Positions 9,881-20,925 of a DNA stretch of 64,000 nucleotides are shown piece after piece. Made by a program: the position numbers and the translations under genes. This DNA comes from an uncultured Acidobacteriota bacterium (lineage in GTDB: Bacteria; Acidobacteriota; Terriglobia; UBA7540). The DNA is taken from contig CAVTDA010000172.1 in the NCBI GenBank assembly GCA_963733285.1, positions 6,070 to 70,069 of the forward strand, given 5' to 3'. The notes beneath the pieces were generated by a model that did not search any database, was not told where the DNA came from, and saw only the letters and a program-made list of their open reading frames with translations. Numbering within the stretch: the first letter of the stretch is position 1; each line of letters begins with the position of its first letter.

Positions 9881-10109
9881 GGAAGAAACAGAAGGCAGAA
9901 GGCGGAAAGCAAAAGGCAGAGGGCAGCAGCGGTCGAAAGTCGAAACTCGAAAATCGAAATTCGAAGCGGAGCCTGAGGTGGGTGGGTTTGAAAGCTCGAT
10001 CGGTTCTTATCGGAGTAGGGCAGGAAGGTGTTGGAATTTCGAATTTCGGACTTTCGATTTTCGTGCTTTTTTAGTCTCTGCCATCTGTGTAATCTGCGTA
10101 ATCTGTGGA
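9880..10109. repeat. MITE-like low-complexity inverted-repeat element
   Basis: The arm ggcagagggcagcagcggtcgaaagtcgaaactcgaaaatcgaaattcgaa (9915-9965) pairs imperfectly with ttcgaatttcggactttcgattttcg…ctctgcc (10038-10082). The terminal 26-mer atctgtgtaatctgcgtaatctgtgg (10083-10108) matches the arms of the element at 53792-53927. Confidence 0.55.
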
Positions 10110-11182
10110 TCAGTCGATCAGGCGCGCGCCTGTTCTCGAGGCTCGCGGCAAGCTCCACGGCGTTTGTGGCCGTCAGATGAAGATTATCCGCCACCGCCCA
10201 GAGCCACAATCCCTTGGGATGCGCGGCATCGAGAGAAATTCTGTCCACCAGAATATCGCTTGAGCCGGTCACTTCAACCGGGGTTGGCGGATCGAGATCG
10301 GACTTCCGTATTTTGATGCGCTCGCCGGCGAGCGCGGCGGTGGCCGCTTCCGTGGTCACCGGCTCCGCCGTCTCCACGTAAAGAGAAACCGCCACCGAAT
10401 AAAAAGTGGGCACGGTAATCAGCCGCAGCGCGGGGATGGGAACCCGCCCGCCGAGATAGCGGTGCAATTGGAGGTGCAGGCGGTCCTCCACGGCTGCATC
10501 TCAGCCTTGCGCCGATTTTCCCAGGCGCGGAAGCAGATTGAACGCGAGTTGCGCGCCAAAAATTTCATCGGGCAGGTTTTGGAAGCTCAGGATGTTGGCC
10601 GTTTGCCGTTGCAGCTCCTCCACCCCGCGCGAGGTGAACTCCGAGGCGGAACAGAAAACCTGCGCCACGGCGGACTTCGAGCGGAAAGCGCGCTGCCAGC
10701 CGTAAAAGCAGGCTGCTGATGACGATCACTGCGGCGTGGGGGGAGACGTAGCGGCGTGCGGCGTTCGGCATGAACACCCGCGACGGGATAGCGGTGGTCG
10801 AGGAAGGGAATTCCCACGGGCGTGGCAAATCGCCGGCCCTGTGCCGCTGCGACACCATCGCCCACCATATCAATCAGAACGCTGCGCGCCGACGGCCCTT
10901 GCTGTTGCCAGGCTTTCACGTAAGCGGGAAACTCCTTCAGGTGCGCGGCGAGGAAAGTGAAATCCAAATCAGCTTCGTTGACCTGACCGCCTTCGACGAC
11001 GGTCGCGGAATCGTGGCGTCAAGTCGATGATGGGCAATTCGGGTTCGGCGTCGTCGGCCTCAAAAGTCACCAGGCGGGAAACGGGGAAACTTCCCCTGCT
11101 CGAGAATGGCCATCAACTCCTTGCCCAGCAGGGACGTCGACCCCACGACCGCGACCCGGTAGCCTTCCTTGACCGGCTTCAT
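10110..11182 (-). CDS. asd: aspartate-semialdehyde dehydrogenase family protein, multiply frame-disrupted
   Basis: N-terminus MKPVKEGYRVAVVGSTSLLGKELMAILEQ. C-terminal part …ITVPTFYSVAVSLYVETAEP…LWLWAVADNLHLTATNAVELAASL. The pieces are spread over ORFs 11060-11440, 10587-10967, 10565-10873 and 9802-10491. Its ATG overlaps the pssA stop (ATGA at 11179-11182). Confidence 0.6.
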
Positions 11183-12096
11183 GCGGCGTGAACCTCTTCG
11201 GGAGCAGGCGGGCTGGGCCGAATCCTGGAGGTCAGCTTCAGGACGAAACCGGAGATGGTGTAGGTCAAGGCAATGGTCAGCAGAACCGGCTCGGAAAAGA
11301 GCCAGACGGCGACGATGATAAGGGCGATGATGACGATTCCCACGTGCGACCGGCGCTTGCCCAGGTCGAGGGCCTTGAAGCTGTAATAGCGCATGCGGCT
11401 GACCATGAGGAATCCCAGCATCACCAGGGCAGCCATCCAAACCAGGGTAAGCGGCCAGAAGGTGACGGGGTTCTTGCAGAAGTGGACGATGGCCACGACG
11501 AATCCGGCCGCGGCGGGTATGGGCATGCCGACGAAGAACCGGCGGTCTCCCGAGGGCTTTACCGTGTCAATGTTGAATCGCGCCAGGCGTGCCGCGCCGC
11601 AAATGACGTAGATAAAGGTCACCGTCGCGGCGAGGTCGGGAAGATGATGGAAGAAGTTGCCCGTGGGTAATTCACCCAGGGCGCGAATGCCCCAAACGTA
11701 GGCGAGAGCTGCGGGCGCGACGCCAAAGGCGATGACATCGGCGAGCGAATCGAGCTCGCGTCCAAAGGCGGAGGCGGTGTTGGTCATGCGGGCGATGCGG
11801 CCGTCGAACCCGTCGAACACGATGGCCCAGCCGATGGCCTTGGCGGCATTGTCGAAGGCCACGGCGGCGGAAGCCATCAGCTCCGCCGCGCGCGGGGCCA
11901 GAACGCCGGCGCTGGCGGCGGCCAGAAATTGACCGGCGCGTTGCGTGGAGAGCAGCGCATAGTAGCCGCAAACCAGCGTTCCCACCGTAAACAGGCTCGG
12001 CAGGATGTAAATGCCGCGGCGAATGCCCTTACGCTCAATCGGCTTTTGGGTTTGTGGTTCCAAGGATGCTGCTCCCTGCCCAGACACGGTCTCCAA
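11179..12096 (-). CDS. pssA: CDP-diacylglycerol--serine O-phosphatidyltransferase
   Basis: CDP-alcohol phosphatidyltransferase motif DGFDGRIARMTNTASAFGRELDSLADVIAFGVAPA. Multi-TM protein located next to psd. Confidence 0.8.
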   Translation of the reverse strand: METVSGQGAASLEPQTQKPIERKGIRRGIYILPSLFTVGTLVCGYYALLSTQRAGQFLAAASAGVLAPRAAELMASAAVAFDNAAKAIGWAIVFDGFDGRIARMTNTASAFGRELDSLADVIAFGVAPAALAYVWGIRALGELPTGNFFHHLPDLAATVTFIYVICGAARLARFNIDTVKPSGDRRFFVGMPIPAAAGFVVAIVHFCKNPVTFWPLTLVWMAALVMLGFLMVSRMRYYSFKALDLGKRRSHVGIVIIALIIVAVWLFSEPVLLTIALTYTISGFVLKLTSRIRPSPPAPEEVHAA

Positions 12097-12679
12097 GCTT
12101 GACGTTCCACTTGACCGTGGGGGCTACCAGCACATCGACGCGTGATCCAAACTTGATCATGCCCACGCGCTCGCCTCGCGCCAGTGAATCACCCAATTTT
12201 TTCCAGAATACGATACGCCGCGCCAACAAGCCAGCGATTTGCTTCACCACGATGACGCCCTGCGGCCCTTCAACGGTAAAGACGTTTTGCTCATTTTCAA
12301 TCGAGGCCAGGTCCTTCGAAGCCACCTGGAACGAGCCCTTTTTGTATTGGATGGCTTTGATCATTCCGGCAATGGGCATCCGGTTGACGTGGACATCGAG
12401 CGGGGACATGAAGATGCTCAAGCGGCGGACGGGGCGGCTCTCGTGCTCCTCCTCCGCCATTTGCACGATGACGCCGTCGGCGGGCGAAATGATGGCATCG
12501 GGCTCGGTGGGGACGGGCCGGTCAGGATCGCGAAAGAAATTTAAGACCAGAAGGGTTAGAACAGAAAAGAGAAGAAAGAGAATCAGGAGGTACAGGCTCC
12601 GTTCGTGCCACCAAAAGCCTGCCAGACCGCCGGATATCACCACGAGTGGCAAACCGTACCAATAGCCGTCTTTTACCAT
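12035..12679 (-). CDS. psd: phosphatidylserine decarboxylase (short form)
   Basis: N-terminal TM segments, FFRDPDRPVP…ISPADGVIV, and the C-terminal GSRVDV motif. Lies immediately upstream of pssA. Confidence 0.75.
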   Translation of the reverse strand: MVKDGYWYGLPLVVISGGLAGFWWHERSLYLLILFLLFSVLTLLVLNFFRDPDRPVPTEPDAIISPADGVIVQMAEEEHESRPVRRLSIFMSPLDVHVNRMPIAGMIKAIQYKKGSFQVASKDLASIENEQNVFTVEGPQGVIVVKQIAGLLARRIVFWKKLGDSLARGERVGMIKFGSRVDVLVAPTVKWNVKLGDRVWAGSSILGTTNPKAD

Positions 12680-12793
12680 GAAGCTCTATTATACACTGGC
12701 CCCACGCTCCCGGAATCATCCGGAAGAATGCCACTCTTGCCGAAGGATCGCTCTGGTGCCCCGGCTGCCTGGACAGCTCCTGCCCCTGCGCTC

Positions 12794-13024
12794 TTAGTTG
12801 GCGGTTCGAGCCTGTTGGCGGACCAGAAGTTCCATCTGATCCTTGACCCGCAACTTTAGCTTCTTTAGCCGCAACTCTTCCACCTGCTCGTTATCGGAGA
12901 GATGCACTTTGCAGGTAAGCGCGTTGAGCAGGTCCTCGTAGTGGGCATGCTCATCGTGGAGACGCTGGTAGTGCTCGTTGCCGACCATCAACTTCTCCCG
13001 GACGGCCCCGGTAATAGTGCTCAT
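12794..13024 (-). CDS. DUF465 (YdcH-like) small coiled-coil protein
   Basis: 76 aa with HYQRLHDEHAHYEDLL…LSDNEQVEELRLKKLKLRVKDQME, the typical DUF465 pattern. Confidence 0.55.
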   Translation of the reverse strand: MSTITGAVREKLMVGNEHYQRLHDEHAHYEDLLNALTCKVHLSDNEQVEELRLKKLKLRVKDQMELLVRQQARTAN

Positions 13025-13486
13025 GGCAGGTCACCTCCACATCAAAGTTCAGTTACAAACAGGTTAAAGCTAGCACAGGGCGAGACTGGGTTCAAGATGG
13101 AAAGATGTAAATTCCGTGGAGATTAGTCAGTTTTAACGAACCCGCGCGAATTCTGCAACTTGCGTGGTAAGTCGGCGCGCCGACCTTGATTTGGCCTTCG
13201 CTAAGCCCTAATTCAACATTGGCTACCCAAACGCCAGACTTCAGTCAAGTCGTTTTATATCAGCTAGTTGCTGGCATTTTCCAGCTTCTGGCCTTCAGTT
13301 CCTGAAGGATGGCCTGGAGCTTCAGGAGCGGCACCATTCGTCGTGATTCCGCACCATCCCCCACTTCGCGGGTTCGCCTATGTCTAACAATAATGAAACC
13401 CGCCTGTAATGAATCCCTAACATAGCCGCAAGATACTCGGGGTTTCCGCAGCCTCTCTACGATTGTCCCGTTCAAGAAGGAGATTG

Positions 13487-14540
13487 ATGATGAAGACACG
13501 CATTTGCTTGTCGGCCTTGACTGCAATCATCGCCATTTCATTCGTGGCTTGCAGTGGAAACAAAACCTCGTCCAGCGAAGGCGCAAAATTACAGGGCGCC
13601 GGGGCGAGCTTTCCCGCTCCCCTCTATCAGAAGTGGTTTAAGACTTATAGCGCTGCACACGATGGCGTGCAGATTGACTATCAATCGATTGGCAGCGGCG
13701 GCGGCGTGAAAAGCGTCATCGATAAGACCGTGGATTTTGGCGCCAGCGATGCTGCCATGAGCGATGAGGATATGGCCAAGGTTGATGGAGGTGTGCAGCT
13801 CCTACCGATGACCGCAGGCTGCATCGTTCTGACCTATAACTTGAAGGGAATCGACACTCTGAAACTCTCCCGCCAGGCGTATGCAGGAATCTTCCTAGGC
13901 AAGGTCACGAAGTGGAACGATCCGGTAATCACCAAGAGATAACCCCGGCGTGGCGCTCCCCGACCAGCCGATTAATGTCGTGGTTCGCGCTGACGGTAGC
14001 GGCACAACTTTCGTCTTCACCAAGCACCTCAGCGCCATCAGCCCGGATTTCGCCAAGAGCCCCGGCGTCAACAAGCTGCCAAATTGGCCCACGGGGACGC
14101 ACTCCAAGGGCAATGAAGGGGTAACCGCCAGCATCATGATGACCCCGGGCTCGATCGGCTATATCGAGTACGGTTATGCCAAGAGCCAGAACCTGCCGAT
14201 GGCCCTGCTGGAAAACAAGGCCGGTGAGTTCGTCGCGCCCAACGCGGCGTCCGCTCAAGCGGCCTTGGCTACGGCGCAGTTCCCCGACAATCTGATTGCC
14301 TGGGTTCCCGACCCCGATGCCAAGGACGCCTACCCGATTGCCACCTACACTTGGATCATCTGCTACAAGCAATACAAGGACAAGGCGAAGTTCCAACTCC
14401 TGCAAAACCTCCTGACCTATTGCCTCTCCGATGGGCAGAAGGATTCAGACGCTCTCGGCTACATACCCTTGCCGCCCTCCGTAGCGGACAAGGACAAGGC
14501 CGCGCTTCAGAACATTACGCTGGCGCCTAACGCAACATAG
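13487..14540 (+). CDS. pstS: phosphate ABC transporter substrate-binding protein PstS, one frame break near 13930
   Basis: An AAGGAG RBS precedes the ATG at 13487. Lipoprotein signal …ISFVACSG, then GAGASFPAPLYQKWF, and after the break VVRADGSGTTFVFTKHL. It is the first gene of the pstSCAB operon. Confidence 0.85.
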
Positions 14541-14624
14541 ATCCCCGGCGGAAGTTGGATTTCTCTTTGGACTCAACGAAGCATTTCTCGCACGACCCAG
14601 CGCAGTAAGGAAGTTAGGTGATAA

Positions 14625-15644
14625 GTGGCGGAAACAAGGGCGATTACGCAAGAACCCTCGGGATTACAGCGGGCCAGTGACACGGCCTTGCGCGGACTGT
14701 GTTACGGGTTCGCATGGCTGTCGGTCCTCGCGGTGGTGTTCATTGTCTTGAAAATCGCCTTCGCCGCTGCGCCTGCGGTCCGGCAATTTGGATTCGGATT
14801 TCTGACCACTCGCACGTGGGACCCCAATCAGGATCAATACGGCATTCTGCCCGAAATCTGGGGCACGATGTACACCTCGGTGCTGGCGCTGGGAATCGGC
14901 ACGGCGTTCGGGGTTGCCGCCGCACTCTTCCTGAGCGAAGGCTACTTGGGGGCGGTGGTTTTTTCCATTTTGAAGATGTTCCACGTGGAGTTTCACCCCT
15001 TCTGGGGGACAATGCCCGAGCGTCTGGAACAGACCCTCAAGAACCTGATTGAATTACTCGCTGCTATCCCTAGCGTTGTATATGGTTTGTGGGGATTGTT
15101 CGTGATTATCCCGATGATTCGGCCCGCATGTAACTGGCTCCACTTGAAGATGGGTTGGTTCCCCTTGTTCTCGACCGACCTCAGTGGTCCGGGCGTCTTA
15201 CCTGCCGTTTTGGTTCTCTCGATCATGATTCTGCCTACAATCACGGCCATCAGCCGGGATGCCTTGGTTTCCGTACCTCCCAAACTCCGCATGGCGGCGT
15301 ATGGTCTGGGGGCAACGCCTTGGGAGACGATTCTCGCTGTTATTCTCCCCACCGCGGCACGCGGAATCGTCGGTGGAATTCTCCTCGCCTTTGGCCGCGC
15401 GCTGGGCGAGACGATGGCGCTGGCCATGTTGGTCGGGAACGCCAACTCGATTACAGTCTCACTCTTCTCTCCCGCCAACACGCTGGCTGCTCTGCTCGCC
15501 AACACTTTCCCCGAGGCTCAGCACAAGGAAGTGGGAATCCTCATGTATGCAGCCCTGGTGCTTCTTGGAATAACCCTTGTCGTCAATATGATCGGCGCAT
15601 TCATCCTGCAACGCGCGTCCGCCGGACTGGAGGGAGCGAAATAA
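14625..15644 (+). CDS. pstC: phosphate ABC transporter permease PstC
   Basis: 339-aa polytopic protein with the EAA-like loop AAYGLGATPWETILAVILPTAARGIVGGILLAFGRALGETMA. Lies between pstS and pstA. Confidence 0.85.
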   Translation: MAETRAITQEPSGLQRASDTALRGLCYGFAWLSVLAVVFIVLKIAFAAAPAVRQFGFGFLTTRTWDPNQDQYGILPEIWGTMYTSVLALGIGTAFGVAAALFLSEGYLGAVVFSILKMFHVEFHPFWGTMPERLEQTLKNLIELLAAIPSVVYGLWGLFVIIPMIRPACNWLHLKMGWFPLFSTDLSGPGVLPAVLVLSIMILPTITAISRDALVSVPPKLRMAAYGLGATPWETILAVILPTAARGIVGGILLAFGRALGETMALAMLVGNANSITVSLFSPANTLAALLANTFPEAQHKEVGILMYAALVLLGITLVVNMIGAFILQRASAGLEGAK

Positions 15645-16659
15645 TGGCAGCCATCAATCCGGCAGGCAGCTCGCACCTTTCAGGCCTCGCGGGTCAGCCC
15701 ATTATGGGGCCATTTGACGGAGTGGATTTCAACGACCTCGAGCGCTCACTGCGCCGTCCCCGCACATTTACGAATATCCTGCTGACTTGGATCGTCTCGG
15801 GCATGACACTTGTGGCGCTGGTGCCCTTGTTTTCCGTTATCTGGATGCTTTCTGGCGTGGCGGCAAGAAGCTGAGCCTTGCCATCTTTACCCAGCTTCCC
15901 CCGCCCCACTTGAGCAAGGGGGCGGATTCGGGAATGCCATCGTCGGGACGATCATTATTGTCGTTCTGGCCGGGCTGATCAGCATTCCGATTGGAATTTT
16001 GAGCGCGCTCTACATGGCACAGGCGCCCGATGGCAGCCGCCTGGCGAGCGCCGTCCGTTTTGCCGCCAAAGTCCTGACCGGATTTCCATCCATTCTTGCC
16101 GGCGTGTTTGCTTACGGCGTGGTGGTCCTGGCTTCGGGCGGATTCTCCGCCGTCGCCGGAGCGGTGGCGGTTTCCATCCTGATGCTGCCCACGATCATGC
16201 TCACGGCAGAAGACGCGATTCGCATGGTTCCGGTTAAAATGAAGGAAGCGGCCATCGGCATGGGAGCCACGAAAGCTCAGACCGCCATCATGGTGCTGCT
16301 GCCGACGGCCTTCCCCGGAATTCTCACCGGCATCATGCTGGCCGTTGCACGCGCCGCGGGCGAAACGGCGCCCTTGCTCTTCACTTCTCTGTTCAGCAGC
16401 TATTGGCCGGCTGCCGGAAATCATCGAACCTGATGCAGCCCACCGCCTCCCTGGCGGTCCTTATTTACAATTTTGCCGGAATGCCCTTTAAGAACCAGGT
16501 GGAAATGGCCTGGGCCGCGGCATTGGTTATGGTTCTCATGGTACTGATCATCAATCTGGTAGGACAAAGCCTCGCGCGGCGTCAGGTCTCCTATAAGCAA
16601 AAAAATATGTCACCAGCACAAGGCACAACGTCAGCCCGTTCGCAACCGCCGATACCAGC

Positions 16660-17454
<795 letters not shown>

Positions 17455-17581
17455 AGCATCGAACGGATTTCGAGAGGACCTCTCCTGCCTTGAAAGCTGT
17501 GGAGGTTGGTGCCCCGCAGAGGATTGGGGCGGTCGCGGGAATCCTCCCAAAACGGTCTGTCGCGGTACAGGGAGAAGGAAC

Positions 17582-18685
17582 ATGAAATCGGGGAGCAGAT
17601 TACGCTCGCGATGCAGCCGCCTCCTGCCGACCCTTATTGCGTTGGGAATTCTGGCAGGCGCCACGGCGTGCTCGACGCACGGCGACGAAAAGCCGATGCC
17701 TGCGGTTCCTCCCGGAGGAGTACTTCTGCGAGGCGCGGGCGCGACTTTTCCCGCTCCGCTCTACCTGGAGTGGTTTGGCGATTACCAGAAGGCTCACCCG
17801 AAGACCGTGATTACCTACGATGCGGTGGGAAGCGGGGAAGGCATTCGCCGGTTTATCGGCCGCAATGTTAAGGACGAAGATAAGGTGGATTTTGGCGCCA
17901 GTGACGCCGCCATGCAAGATAGCGACATCAATCAGGTTCAGGACGGCGTGGCCATGGTGCCGATGACGGCGGGCGGAGTGGTGCTCGCTTATAACCTCCC
18001 CGACGTTTCCCAGGACCTTAAACTTTCTCGCCGCGCGTACGCCGGAATCTTCCTTGGCGAAATTACCAATTGGAACGATCCGCTGATCGCTGCTTCCAAT
18101 CCTGGCGTCAAGCTTCCCAAGCTCACGATTGTGACCGTGGTGCGCCAGGATGCGAGTGGAACAACTTTCGCCTTTACCAAGCACCTCGACGCCATCAGCG
18201 ACAAGTGGCGGAGCCGCTACGGGCCCTCGACGCTCGTCGACTGGCCCGGGAATGCTATGCGCGCAAAGGGAAATGAGGGTGTAGCGGGCATTCTGTCTCA
18301 TTCCATTGGCGCCGTGGGTTATGTGGGCTACGAATTTGCGCACCGCTACGGACTGCAAATCGCGCGGCTGGAAAACAAATCCGGAAACTTCGTGGCGCCC
18401 AATGAGGACAGCCTGAAGGTGGCCCTGGCTTCCGCGGAGATGCCGGGAAATCTGCGGGCTTTTGTGCCCGACCCCACTCGTCCCGAGGCCTACCCGATTG
18501 CCACTTTCACATGGATTCTTCTGCGCCGAAAGGATGCGGACGCTTCCAAGGCGCAAGCGCTGCGCGATCTGTTTTCGTGGACTTTGGGGGAGGGCCAGAG
18601 CTACGCGTCGGCACTCGGCTACATCCCGCTTCCTTCCGAAATTGGAGGGAAAGCGTTGGCGACCTTGCAGACGATCAACCCTTAG
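17582..18685 (+). CDS. pstS: second PstS-family phosphate-binding lipoprotein
   Basis: ATG at 17582. Signal peptide …LAGATACS, then GAGATFPAPLYLEWF and VVRQDASGTTFAFTKHL. It is a paralogue of the first pstS. Confidence 0.8.
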   Translation: MKSGSRLRSRCSRLLPTLIALGILAGATACSTHGDEKPMPAVPPGGVLLRGAGATFPAPLYLEWFGDYQKAHPKTVITYDAVGSGEGIRRFIGRNVKDEDKVDFGASDAAMQDSDINQVQDGVAMVPMTAGGVVLAYNLPDVSQDLKLSRRAYAGIFLGEITNWNDPLIAASNPGVKLPKLTIVTVVRQDASGTTFAFTKHLDAISDKWRSRYGPSTLVDWPGNAMRAKGNEGVAGILSHSIGAVGYVGYEFAHRYGLQIARLENKSGNFVAPNEDSLKVALASAEMPGNLRAFVPDPTRPEAYPIATFTWILLRRKDADASKAQALRDLFSWTLGEGQSYASALGYIPLPSEIGGKALATLQTINP

Positions 18686-18780
18686 GTCCGTTGCCGGGGC
18701 CGGCCGGCAGGTGCGAGAATCCCGGCGAGCAGGTAGGCAACACTATTTCCGCTGCGCAAGCATGAGAAAGGCTGAAGACC

Positions 18781-19152
18781 ATGCCGAATTTGTTTCTCAA
18801 TCTATTTAGTGACAAGGAGACGACGCCCTTTTCTGCCGGGCAAACCGTTTTTAAGGCGGGTGAGCAGGGTGTGGAGATGTTTATCGTCGTCGATGGGGAA
18901 GTTGATATCCTCGACGGACCGAACCTGCTCGAAACGGCGGAAAAAGGCTCGATTGTCGGCGAGTTGGCGCTGATTGACGACGAGGTCCGCAGCGCCTCGG
19001 CGGTTGCCAAGACGGACTGCCGGCTGGTGGCGGTCGACCGCAAGCGCTTTCTGTACATGGTGCAGGAAACGCCGCTGTTCGCGATTTCGGTGATGAAGGT
19101 CCTCGCGGATCGCCTGCGCAGGAAGAACGTCAGAAATCGCGCCTTGGTGTAG
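18781..19152 (+). CDS. cyclic nucleotide-binding domain protein (stand-alone cNMP domain)
   Basis: 123 aa with …FKAGEQGVEMFIVVDGEVDI…GSIVGELALIDDEVRSASAVAKTDCRLV…, the typical Crp-type cNMP-binding fold. There is no HTH domain. Confidence 0.7.
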   Translation: MPNLFLNLFSDKETTPFSAGQTVFKAGEQGVEMFIVVDGEVDILDGPNLLETAEKGSIVGELALIDDEVRSASAVAKTDCRLVAVDRKRFLYMVQETPLFAISVMKVLADRLRRKNVRNRALV

Positions 19153-19236
19153 GACCACCGGCGCGAACGTCTTCGATTAAGTTTAAGCCTCCCCGAGGCG
19201 GGCGTGGTTTTTTGTTGCTGCTTGGCCGCTCCCATC

Positions 19237-19599
19237 CTAGAGGCATCCACTCATCCATTCGGTCGCGGCGCCGGAATTGGGCACCACCGCGACCTGCACT
19301 CCCTTGGTCCAAAGGACGCTCTCAAAAAACTTGTTCAGCCCTCCCACCGGGGAAATGATGGCGATGCGGATAGCGCGATTCCATACCCTTCCGAAATGTG
19401 TGCCCAGTTCGTGCATGTCCAGTTTGGGGACGGTGCCGGCAATTTCGGTCATATCCAGGATGACCACATTTTTGGCCCGCTTCTCACTCTCTTCCCTTGC
19501 CTTATCGAGCAGGTTGTAGAGGTTCTCAAAACTGTATGGGCCCGAAGCTCTTATCGACAAATAGGTATCAGCTTCCTGAATATCTAAATCCAGACTCAT
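19237..19599 (-). CDS. hypothetical protein, possibly SpoIIAA/STAS-like
   Basis: Intact 120-aa ORF. The domain call rests only on size and the alternating pattern. Confidence 0.35.
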   Translation of the reverse strand: MSLDLDIQEADTYLSIRASGPYSFENLYNLLDKAREESEKRAKNVVILDMTEIAGTVPKLDMHELGTHFGRVWNRAIRIAIISPVGGLNKFFESVLWTKGVQVAVVPNSGAATEWMSGCL

Positions 19600-19682
19600 C
19601 GCTAACCTCGATGGAGTTTTACCGTTTGGCGAGGGTTCCGGGTCTCAATCTTTACCTCTCAGGGGTGCAACTGAACTCCGCC

Positions 19683-20056
19683 TCACATCACACATTCCGC
19701 CGCGACGAAGGAAGGCATGAAGGTCTGCAAGAGTTCCACTTCATGTTCCAGGCGCATCGTGGCTTTGCGGACGGCCTGAAGATCCCCCATGGGATCACCT
19801 CTTCCAGATAAAGCGCGGACTCATACGCCCTTTTTGCGGAAACGTTGCGGGCTGCGGCTTTGGCCAGGCGCGCGGCCTTGCGCACGCTCGTCAGGTCCCC
19901 CGTCGCCATGCCTCCCCGGATATCCGCCAACAAAGAAGGCCATGCCGCCGAGACGAGTCCGAAAAGCTCGGCGAGGAATTCCCGGTCGCCTCCAACACTG
20001 CTTAATGCCTGAACTTCATCGAATACTTCCGTAGTTGGTCTTTTTGTCCTTTCCAT
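19683..20056 (-). CDS. Hpt (histidine phosphotransfer) domain protein, one frame break near 19795
   Basis: …GGDREFLAELFGLVSAAWPSLLADIRGGMATGDL…VRKAARLAKAAARNVSAKRAYESALYLEE continues in another frame as GDLQAVRKATMRLEHEVELLQTFMPSFVAAECVM, with the stop at 19683-19685. Confidence 0.5.
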
Positions 20057-20925
20057 GGTTTTCCCTCCGTCCCGAGTTTGAGGCCTTTTGAATGGCCGTA
20101 ATTCACAAATTGAGCCCTTTGGGCTTCTTCTTATTTTGCTCTTCCGAAATTCTAGAAAGGAACAAACTGGTCCTTATCCCTGGAAGTTTCCACAATGGAC
20201 TTGCAACGTGGGCTTCAAGGCATTGGACCCGAAAATTTGAGGCGATAATCAGACGGTGCTTTCCCCAGGGTCAAATCTGCCGAACTCCCCAATGAATCAG
20301 AGAGAATTAAGACCTGCTCGCTGCGTTTTATGAGCGTCAATTCAGGCAAAAAGTCCAGTTCAGCGCACAAGCCGCTGAAACCTTGATCCTGGGAAAAATC
20401 GATTCGTAGTAGGCGACTTCAATCAAAAGCGACTTTTTGCCTGATTCTAGAGATAGGAATTTACATTCCCCCACAATCGCAAGTTTGCACCTGCGGAGAC
20501 CATAGCGGTATCAGCAGAATTAGGAAATTCTCATCGAATATTTGGTTAAGTAATTGTCATAGTTTATACTATATATTGAAATATTAAATATATGCGCTTT
20601 CTTGCGCCATTGATTTTCGATTAGTAAATATTATTTCGGTGATTTTGCCCAAAATTCAAGGTCCGAATCAAAGGAGTTGGGTTGCACTTCGTTCTCTCAG
20701 CCGCATAGTGGCATTTCGGCCGTAATTGGACCGCAGGCTGTTTACTGGTCGGATATCTTTGGGAAGTGGACCGCATCTCCGTGCCAATTAACATCTCAAA
20801 AAATAATGATCCAAGGCCAGGGCGTGACGGGGGTGGGATAGTCCCGTGAGGTTGCCGTCCAAGCAGCTCAGTTCTGCGCTGCCACGATCAAGGGGATAAG
20901 TTCGCCAAAGCTATCGGTTGGAGAT

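Noticed and set aside
9802-10491. 229-aa ORF listed in the track
   Set aside because: It is a chimera. Its first two thirds are the C-terminal part of the asd-family gene. The rest is read-through across the MITE-like repeat (…ISIFEFRLSTAAALCLLLSAFCLLF…) because the true stop (10110-10112) lies in another frame.
13025-13486. Pho-box-like direct repeats upstream of pstS (taatgaaaccc / taatgaatccc)
   Set aside because: Only two short copies are present, at 16-bp rather than 11-bp spacing, with no match to a known PhoB consensus. This is too weak to call.
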